Source of the DNA: Thermofilaceae archaeon
Lineage (GTDB): Archaea; Thermoproteota; Thermoprotei; Thermofilales; Thermofilaceae
Assembly: GCA_038731975.1 (NCBI GenBank)
Contig: JAVYQJ010000002.1
Coordinates: 74,986 to 138,985 of the forward strand
DNA length: 64,000 bases
Direction of reading: 5' to 3'
Positions 14,184-22,200 of this stretch are shown one piece after another; positions within the stretch are counted from its first letter, which is position 1; each line of letters opens with the position of its first letter. The notes under the pieces were generated by a model, which saw only the letters and a list, made by a program, of their open reading frames with translations, had not been told where the DNA came from and ran no database searches. A program made the position numbers and the translations under genes.

Positions 14184-17100
14184 ATTGGAGCCTTCAAGAT
14201 CCCAGTCGCGGATTAGGGTCCCATTAACCAGTTCTTTATCTTCAACGAAGCGTACCTCAGAAGCCCTGGTTTCGACTTTTATGTAGTTGATCTTCGCTGC
14301 TAGAAGCTCGCGAATATCGGGAGGTGCGTAGATTTCCACCTCTATGATCGCTTCCACGGGGAGCGCGGCCATCTTCCTCATGAACTGGATTCTTCGCACA
14401 ACATCCCTAGCAAGTCCTTCCCTAAGCTCTTCTAGTCCGGGCCTCGCTTCGATTACTACGTCCCCTTTCTCGAAGCTTTCCATCACGAAGCCTTCGATGC
14501 ACCGCTCCTCGAACTCGACCATTTCGCGCTTAAGCTCGAAGACTCTACCATCCCGCGATTTTAGCAAATACACACCAGATACCTCGAGCTCGCGCTTGAT
14601 TTCTCTCGCATCCGCGTTTTTAAGCAATTCTAAAACGAGCGGAGAGTCCGACTTGAAGAATGAGCCTATCGATTTGAGTACCGGTTTCATCTCAAGCCGA
14701 ACGAACTCGGATCTCTTCTCAGCAGGCAGTACTTTAACCTCCTTTACATTCGCCTGGGACTCTATTACCCTTCTGAGCCTCGCGACCGAGCTAGCCACTT
14801 CTGGGTCATCTGTTAGAACGTATAGGCGGGGGAGCGGAACTCTGAGCTTTACGCCCACCCTCATCCTAGCCGCGGCAGCTCGCTCGACAATTCTCCTGGC
14901 AATCTCCATCTGCCTTTCAAGCTCCTCGTCGATCATCTCCTCCCTTACTTCTGGCCATGGCAGCATGTGGACGCTATCTGGATCATCTCGCATGCGGAAG
15001 GATTCGAGGTAGATCTGTTCCGCTGTGAACGGTATAAAGGGCGCCGCGAGGACTAAAAACTTCCTCAACGCATAGTAAAGCGTTGCGTAAGCTGAGAGCT
15101 TGTCCGTAATGTTCTCCTCAATCCACACGCGTGGCCTGATAAGCCTGATGTACCACCTGCTAACGTCTTCGACTATGAAGTCGCGAAGAGCTTTAGCCGC
15201 CTTATGCGTCTCGTAGTTATCCAGCCAGCGCGTTACGTTGGCCGTCAGCTTCTCGATCCGTGATAGTAGCCACCTATCCTCCGGACGCGCCTGATCGAGG
15301 TACTTCTCAATTGGGTGCTCCTTCGGATTGAAGCGATCGATACTCATGTACATTGAAGCAAAGACGTACACGTTCCACAGGATGTTCATGTCATCGTAGA
15401 CCTCGGCCATTGCCTTCCAGGAGAACCTCATGTCCTCCCACGGAGTATTTCTCAACACGTACCAGCGGAAGACGTCCCTACTGCCCTTGTCGAAGTCAAG
15501 TACCTGCTCTGGTGCCACATAGTTACCCAAGGACTTGTGCATCTCCCTACCCCTCTCGTCGAGCATGAAACCGTGCATCACCACTGTCGTGTAAGGCCCT
15601 GTGCCGAAAGCTACCAGGCCACATCGCATCAGCGAGAAGAACCACCCTGCTATCTGGTCATGGCCCTCAATTATCACGTCTACGGGTCTCATCCTCTCGT
15701 AAGTTTCCTTATCGCTCGGATAGCCTAACGAGGCGTAAAACGCTACGCCCGAATCGAGCCAAACATCCATTACATCCGATACGCGCCTCATCACTCCACC
15801 GCAGTGCGGACAGCCGAAAGCGATCTCATCTATCCATGGCCTATGAAGATCCTCCAGCTTCAGCTCCCGCCCGACGAGAGACTCAAGCTCCTTCAGCGAC
15901 CCGACTACAATCCTCCCGCCGCAACGCTCGCACAACCAGATTGGAGCGGGCGTCCCCCAGTATCTTTGCCTCGAGATAACCCAGTCCCTTAACCCCTCAA
16001 CCCAACTCTTAAAGCGAGCCGAGCCGGCCCACTCTGGAAACCACCGTACTTTTTCGGCCTCCTCTATGAAGCGGTTTTTCAGGTGCCGTACGCGTATGAA
16101 CCACTGTTGAGTCGCCCTCAGTATTAGCGGCGTCTTACACCTCCAGCATACCGGATATCGATGACTTATCCCCCCTTCCATGAACAATGCACCTCTAGCT
16201 CTAAGGTCAGATACGATTTCCGCGTTAGCCTCTCTTACACTCTTTCCGGAGTACTTGCCCGCCTCCTTTGTGAAAGCACCCGTATCGTCAACTAGCATAA
16301 CAACGGGTAGCCCGTACTCGAGCCCCACTTCGAAATCCTCTTCACCGTGCCCTGGGGCACAGTGAACCAGCCCCGTTCCTTCTTCTGCGCTCACGTACTT
16401 GCTAGAGAGAACGATTCTATGCTGGATGCCCTTTTGCGCGTCAATGAGGTCGGCTAACGGGTGCTCATACTCGAGCCCGAGCAGCTCCCTGCCCTTTACT
16501 CGCTTGATAACCCTGAACTCAGCAATGTTAGCTTCACGCATAACCGCTTCCAGCCTAGATTCTGCTAGCAGCAGACGCTCGCCGCCAACCTCAACCCACA
16601 CGTACTCGAGATCGGGATGAACCATTACAGCAACGTTGGCTGGGAGAGTCCACGGCGTGGTAGTCCATACGAGCAGGTACTCGTTCGCCCTCCCCTTCAC
16701 GGGGAATTTAACGTAGATGGATGGATCAGTCAACTCCCTGTACTCCGTCACCTCGTAGTCAGCAAGGGCGGTCTCGCACCTGGGGCACCAGTGCACAACC
16801 CTCAAACCCCTTTCCAGCAATCCCTGTTCCTCAGCCCTCTTAACAAGCCACCAAGCCGATTGAATGTACTCGGGGTCAAGCGTCATGTACGGCTTATCCC
16901 AGCGTAGCGAAACCCCGAATTCTTCGAACCACCTCGACATGGAAAGAGCATTTCTTATGGAGAATTCCTTACACTTCTCCACGAACTTATCGATACCGTA
17001 AACTTCGATATCCTTCTTCGACTTAAAGCCCAGCTCCTGCTCTATTTTAACCTCGATGGGTAGCCCGTGGCAGTCGTAGCCTGGGGTATCGACAACAGCC

Positions 17101-17381
17101 AGGCCCTGCATTCGCCGGAACCTGACGATAGCGTCCTTCAGGATTTTGTTCCAAAGTGTACCGATGTGCGGGGTGTCAGCTGAAGTGTACGGGGGGCCGT
17201 CGAGGAAGTAGAACTTGCGCCCCCCTTTCAACGCTTCGCGAAGTCTTTCGTAAATCCTCTCGCGCCTCCAGTACTCGAGCACCTGCCGCTCGTACTCTTT
17301 TGGCCTAAACTCCTGGGCGAGGGCTCTCACATGGTTTAGCTCAGCCACAACACCCCCTTTGTTGCGCCATTTAATCTCCAC
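14127..17381 (-). CDS. ileS: Isoleucyl-tRNA synthetase
   Basis: 1084 aa. HIGH-type motif TPHIGTLWNK, a KMSKS variant EMHKSLGN, a CP1 editing-domain-sized insert, and Zn-type CPRCETAL and CERCGG motifs. GTG start. Confidence 0.95.
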   Translation of the reverse strand: MEIKWRNKGGVVAELNHVRALAQEFRPKEYERQVLEYWRRERIYERLREALKGGRKFYFLDGPPYTSADTPHIGTLWNKILKDAIVRFRRMQGLAVVDTPGYDCHGLPIEVKIEQELGFKSKKDIEVYGIDKFVEKCKEFSIRNALSMSRWFEEFGVSLRWDKPYMTLDPEYIQSAWWLVKRAEEQGLLERGLRVVHWCPRCETALADYEVTEYRELTDPSIYVKFPVKGRANEYLLVWTTTPWTLPANVAVMVHPDLEYVWVEVGGERLLLAESRLEAVMREANIAEFRVIKRVKGRELLGLEYEHPLADLIDAQKGIQHRIVLSSKYVSAEEGTGLVHCAPGHGEEDFEVGLEYGLPVVMLVDDTGAFTKEAGKYSGKSVREANAEIVSDLRARGALFMEGGISHRYPVCWRCKTPLILRATQQWFIRVRHLKNRFIEEAEKVRWFPEWAGSARFKSWVEGLRDWVISRQRYWGTPAPIWLCERCGGRIVVGSLKELESLVGRELKLEDLHRPWIDEIAFGCPHCGGVMRRVSDVMDVWLDSGVAFYASLGYPSDKETYERMRPVDVIIEGHDQIAGWFFSLMRCGLVAFGTGPYTTVVMHGFMLDERGREMHKSLGNYVAPEQVLDFDKGSRDVFRWYVLRNTPWEDMRFSWKAMAEVYDDMNILWNVYVFASMYMSIDRFNPKEHPIEKYLDQARPEDRWLLSRIEKLTANVTRWLDNYETHKAAKALRDFIVEDVSRWYIRLIRPRVWIEENITDKLSAYATLYYALRKFLVLAAPFIPFTAEQIYLESFRMRDDPDSVHMLPWPEVREEMIDEELERQMEIARRIVERAAAARMRVGVKLRVPLPRLYVLTDDPEVASSVARLRRVIESQANVKEVKVLPAEKRSEFVRLEMKPVLKSIGSFFKSDSPLVLELLKNADAREIKRELEVSGVYLLKSRDGRVFELKREMVEFEERCIEGFVMESFEKGDVVIEARPGLEELREGLARDVVRRIQFMRKMAALPVEAIIEVEIYAPPDIRELLAAKINYIKVETRASEVRFVEDKELVNGTLIRDWDLEGSNLRVGIIYTGHPSRTQDKE

Positions 17382-17451
17382 CGCGGATAATGGGGGTCAC
17401 CGGGCATCGTGAGCAGGTTAATTTGAAAAACTTTTCGCGTGCAGCAACTGT

Positions 17452-17471
17452 GCGCAAAGAATTTACCCCCC
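17452..17471 (+). promoter_or_regulatory. tRNA-Ala promoter box GCGCAAAGAATTTACCCCCC
   Basis: Ends 17 nt before the tRNA 5' end. An identical 20-mer lies at the same distance from the second tRNA-Ala gene (34483-34502, minus strand). Confidence 0.6.
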
Positions 17472-17488
17472 AGTTCTCCGGCTCAATC

Positions 17489-17592
17489 GGGCCGGTAGCT
17501 CAGACTGGGAGAGCGCCCGCTTCGCAAGCTCGACTCAAATGAGCGGCCGAGATCGCGGGAGGTCCCGGGTTCAAGTCCCGGCCGGTCCACCA
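17489..17592 (+). tRNA. tRNA-Ala(CGC) with 27-nt intron at 37/38, CCA encoded
   Basis: Acceptor GGGCCGG/CCGGTCC includes the G3:U70 Ala identity pair. Anticodon loop is TTCGCA followed by the intron 17527-17553. The BHB is formed by TTCG/CGAG and GCTC/GAGC. T arm is CCGGG TTCAAGT CCCGG. Confidence 0.9.
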
Positions 17593-17663
17593 CGCTTCTT
17601 CGATAACCCACACTAGTTTCCTGCTTCCAACAACCTTTTTAGAATGTTGAGCTGCGCTACCAT

Positions 17664-18590
17664 GTGGACGTAAGATCGTTGAGCGAAGATCCCGGGCTTT
17701 ACGATGAGGTTAGAAAGTTGATTAATAGGGCCCTTTTTAACGACTTTGTTGATAGAAGGTTCTTCCGCCTCTTAACAGTTGATGACCCTAACTTTGATCC
17801 AAAGCTCTCGCTAGTGTGCTTGCGGAATGGCAAGGTTGTGGCGACAGCGATGGGCATCAGAAGGGTTAAGGAGCCCTCAAGCATGGTTGATAAACAGAGG
17901 GAGATCGCCTGGATAAAGGTTCTCGCCTGCCCTCCAGATCACACAGCAGAGCTTAGAAACCTTACCGCTGTACTGGAGGAGGAGCTTCGCAGGAGCGGTG
18001 CGAGAATGGTCAGGGTGTCCGATTACGCAAGCTGGTACTTGTCGCCCGGCATCGATTTAGAGTACGAGTGGCTGCGAGCTTTGCTTGAACATCTTGGATA
18101 CAGGAAGGTTGGGGAAGCTGTGAACTACGAGGTTGACATGTCCAAGTACAGAACACCCTCATGGGTTCAAAAGCTTGAATCTGAATTAAAGCAGCAAGGG
18201 TTCATCCTTAGGGAGGCCACAACTCAGGATCAGGATAGGCTGTACGAATGGATTGAGCGCTTCTTCTCTCCGTTTTGGCGCATCGAGGCTGAACTGGCGA
18301 TGCGATCTGAGGAGGGTGGTGTACTGATCGCCGAGAAGGATGGTGTCATCGCCGGTTTCTCTGTATACGGTGCTTTGAGGCCCGACTTCTTTGGACCGAT
18401 CGGAGTCGATCCCGGCGTGAGGGGGAGGGGGCTTGGAACCGTGCTCCTTTTTAGGAGTCTGGAGCGCATGCGTGAAGAGGGGGTTCGCGTTGCGACTATA
18501 CCTTGGACGCTTCACCTCACTTTTTACGCACAGGTACCTGGCGTTACGAAGATAAGGCTGTTCAACGTAATGGCAAAAGAGCTGGCTTGA
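17664..18590 (+). CDS. GNAT-family N-acetyltransferase (two-domain)
   Basis: The acetyl-CoA motif A is VDPGVRGRGLGTVLL in the C-terminal half. GTG start. Confidence 0.7.
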   Translation: MDVRSLSEDPGLYDEVRKLINRALFNDFVDRRFFRLLTVDDPNFDPKLSLVCLRNGKVVATAMGIRRVKEPSSMVDKQREIAWIKVLACPPDHTAELRNLTAVLEEELRRSGARMVRVSDYASWYLSPGIDLEYEWLRALLEHLGYRKVGEAVNYEVDMSKYRTPSWVQKLESELKQQGFILREATTQDQDRLYEWIERFFSPFWRIEAELAMRSEEGGVLIAEKDGVIAGFSVYGALRPDFFGPIGVDPGVRGRGLGTVLLFRSLERMREEGVRVATIPWTLHLTFYAQVPGVTKIRLFNVMAKELA

Positions 18591-19213
18591 TCGAAGCTGG
18601 AGTGGACGAGGCCGGGCGCGGTCCCGTGATAGGCCCTCTAGTGGTGGCCTGCGTCGTCCTTGACGAAAGGGGGGTTTCGGCGCTTAGGGGTATTGTGAGG
18701 GATTCAAAGAAACTGATCCCCCATAAGCGGCTTAAACTGTCAAAGCTGATACGGAACGTAGCGCTGGAGGTGAAGACTAGGGTTGTAGAGCCCTGGGAAA
18801 TCGATTGGGCTGTCGAGAATCTGGAGAGGGGGTTAAACGAGCTCGAGGCCATAGTGACAGCTGAGCTCGTGAACGAGCTGGTATCGCCGGTCTTCAGGGT
18901 CTACTTAGACTCACCGGATCCTCTACCTAAGCGCTATGCAGAGCTCGTTGGTAGGCATCTGAAGCGGAAAGTAGAGGTCGTAGCTTCGAATAAAGCGGAG
19001 GATACATACGTGCATGTTGCAGCCGCCTCTGTAATCGCAAAGGTTGAGCGAGAAAGGCTGATCAACGATCTGAAAGCGGTGTACGGAGATTTTGGCTCTG
19101 GCTATCCCTCCGATCCAAAGACGAGAGGGTTCCTCCTAAGGTACTTGAGAGAGAGGCGAGAGCTACCCCCCATAGTGAGGAGGAGCTGGAAGACGCTACT
19201 GAAGCTTGAGTAG
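18587..19213 (+). CDS. rnhB: Ribonuclease HII
   Basis: GVDEAGRGPVIGPLVVA active-site motif near the N-terminus. The TTG at 18587 overlaps the GNAT stop (TTGA) and is preferred to the 18503 start, which would add 28 non-conserved residues. Confidence 0.85.
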   Translation: MIEAGVDEAGRGPVIGPLVVACVVLDERGVSALRGIVRDSKKLIPHKRLKLSKLIRNVALEVKTRVVEPWEIDWAVENLERGLNELEAIVTAELVNELVSPVFRVYLDSPDPLPKRYAELVGRHLKRKVEVVASNKAEDTYVHVAAASVIAKVERERLINDLKAVYGDFGSGYPSDPKTRGFLLRYLRERRELPPIVRRSWKTLLKLE

Positions 19214-22200
19214 CCTGTCCACACTGACCTCCTCCAATCGGCCCTCCCTGATCACCGCCACCCTCCTGCCTTCAATTGCTGCAGCCAGCGCGAGAGCAGC
19301 GCTAAGCAATCCGTCGTCTGAGTCCAGCGCTACGATATCCGCTTTCGATATTAGTAATCTCAGCTCTTCCACTAACCCGTCAAGACTGTCGCTCTTTACA
19401 GCAATAACCTCAGTGGCTGGAGGCCTTAACCCTTGAGCCCGCAGCCTACTCCGCAGCTCGCGGACGAGCCTCCCATCCCCCCTCCTGGTGGCTAGCAAAA
19501 CAAGCTGCGGCTGGTAATTGCGCACAAGCTCTACCACCTTACTCACGTCTACGCCAACGGGGGCTAGAAGCCTGATCTTTAGCGATGCCCACTCCAGCAC
19601 TATGCCTCTGACAAATGCGACCACCTCTTGCACGTAGCTCTGGTAGAAACGGCTGTAGATGGATAAAGGCTTAACCTTAACCGCGACACTGTAGAACTCG
19701 GGACCAACGGGCTTAACCACGGCGATTACACTTGCGGTGAAGGGGCGCCCCCCTCCTCTGCTGTAGGTGAAGGATACCTCGTAGAGGGTGCGTCCATCTA
19801 CGATCGAAGTGCTCGCACCGACTCTTGCGGTGGACCTCTCGATGCCGCGCTCCTCCTCTCTCAACCTCTCAGCTAGGTAATCCACGAACTGAGCTACTCT
19901 TTCCGCCGAAACCCTTATCGGAATTTCCACGTACCATTCTCCCCCTACAACCTGAGCTTCAAGCTTCCACCTCCTCCGGAGGGACGGAGTGACGTATTGA
20001 GACGCCTTGAGCGAGGGAACGAGTGCGGCGGCGAGTGAGGATGTTATTGAGAGGGTTACAACCCCCATCATGTCCCACACGCTGGTCTTAACGTCTACCG
20101 GTAGCGCTACGCCAGCCCACTGAACCACTCTGAACGCCGACACGCCAACTATGTAGCCTAGCGAGCCGCCAACGAAGCCTAGGAGCAAGGCTTCGGAAAG
20201 GAATACCAGGAGTATGTGCGTTGGATTCATGCCAACCGAGGCCATGGTGACGATCTCGCCTCTTCTTTCGTATACAGACGCCAGAACTACGGATGCTACG
20301 TTGATGAAAACCAATGCTACCGGGAGAATCGCTTCGCTACCCCTGTACTCTATAGTGGGCCCAGTGAAGTAAACGCGCTGGTAATCACCGGCTGGGAGTG
20401 CTACAACTACGTAGTCCGATTGTAGAGCCAGTCTTTCAGCGAGCGCTCTGAGATCGTCTGGGCTGCTGGCTTCCGCATACAACCTTGAAATGAACCCTCC
20501 GAGCCTTAATGCCGTGAGAGCTGGGACTATGATGACTTCGTCGGGGTGCGCAACACCGACGCTGCCGTCTGGTTGTAGTACGCGCGGGAGCAGGTCGTAC
20601 CCTCCAACGTCTCGGATCCTCCCAAGCTCCGCAGGATCGAAGAAGCCGATAATCTTCAATTTTACTTCGCCCACCTGTACCACATCCCCCGGCTTAACGC
20701 CCAAACCCTCAAACGTTGAGCTGACAAAGGCTACGGTGAGGAAATCCTGATGCCCGGTACGTGAAGGAGGAGTGACAAGAGGCAAGCTTATCGGGGTGTA
20801 ACCGTAAAAGCCTATAAAGCCGCGTATCAGCCGCCCCGAGATAACGGCGTAAGGCTCCGCTCTCGCGCGGCTTTCCACCTTGAAGCCGTACCGTAGGACC
20901 TCTGGTTGAGAGGAGAGGTACATGATGTCAGCCAGGCTCAGTTCCCCTCCGCTGAAAGCAGCGAGAACGTTGGGAGCGTCTTGGGGGTGCGGGACGGTCG
21001 TTACCAACTCGCGCAGGCTAACGAAGTAGTTGACGGACGTTAGGTTTGTAACTGCGAGCGCGAAAGCGGCTACTGAGAGGAGAGTTAGGCAGGTTCTCAG
21101 CCTTCTCCTCCTGAGGTTACGCGCGGCAATCGAGAGGGCCGAGGTTGCAGCCGCCAGCAGAGGGACCCCTTTTTCGCTTCTCAAGCCTTCAAGGAGGTAT
21201 GGGAGGAGGAGCATTAGGACTAGCACGAAGAAACTAACGTACAGAGCGATGAAGAGCTCCATTGAGCCGAGGCCTGAGAAACCGGGGTAAGTGAAGTACA
21301 TCAGAACTCCCAATCCGACTAGCAGGAGCGTTCCCGCGGCAGGGCGAGCGGATTCGTTTTCCACGATAAGCGAGCTTAGGCCAAACGAGACGAGAATGAT
21401 CATGAGTAAAAGCAGGGGTAAGTTCAGCTGCGCGGCTGACCTGAGCTCATTCAACCGGGACATTACCCCCTTGAGCAGTAGGGACGCTTCCGCGATAGAG
21501 GCTGCGGCTCGCTCAGGGTATGCTTCGATCAGATCAGCCGCAGCTTCCAGCAGCCTGGAAGCCCTATCGAGAAGCTGCTTGCTCAGCCCTAGGTAGAAGC
21601 CCTGTCGCTCGAGAGATGCGAGCATCGATTTGGCCTGGCGCATCTCCCTCTCACCTCTAGCCAAGGACTGCTGAGCCAGGCTCGAGGCGAAAACCCCTTC
21701 GACAAGACGTTCATTCGGCGCAAGCTCGACCTCCCTTCGAACCACGATCGCCCCATCCACCTCAAGGCTCAGTGTGACGGGAACACCGGCCGGCACGATG
21801 AAATCGTTACCGCGGAGATTGAGCAGCACCCTGAGCTCAGGATCGTCGTACACCGTGATTATCGGGCTTTCGGGGCGAACCCCTGCCTCCACTCGAAGCC
21901 GCAGAGTAGGGGTACGCGCGACTTGAGGAGTGAGCAGGGGTAGCCTTACGGTGTAGATCGCACCTTCTACGAGCCTTACTGTGAGGCTCGTGGTACCGGG
22001 GTTTAGTGAGGGAAGATCTACTCTCACGGGAGTATAGGGTGTTGCACCGTCGAAACGGGGGCCTATTATCGTGACCTTAGAGCCGGCTGATACAGCGAAG
22101 CTTAGCTTCCCACCCTCGCTCGTCACGTAGAAGTTGAATCTATCAGATGCTACGTAGAAGGTTAATCGGCCCTCCACGCCTTCCAGGTTTACAACCACCC

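Noticed and set aside
14344-15012. 222-aa Ser-rich ORF antisense to ileS, and similar antisense ORFs at 9159-9566, 9966-10304, 43133-43588, 62411-63007 and 48319-48690
   Set aside because: All lie fully inside well-supported genes on the opposite strand. They have low-complexity Ser/Leu/Arg-rich composition typical of antisense frames of GC-rich or repeat-rich genes.
18186-18515. 109-aa and 79-aa minus-strand ORFs inside the GNAT gene, and 96 aa inside rnhB (18562-18852)
   Set aside because: They are antisense to genes with clear family motifs, and they have no start context or recognisable features.
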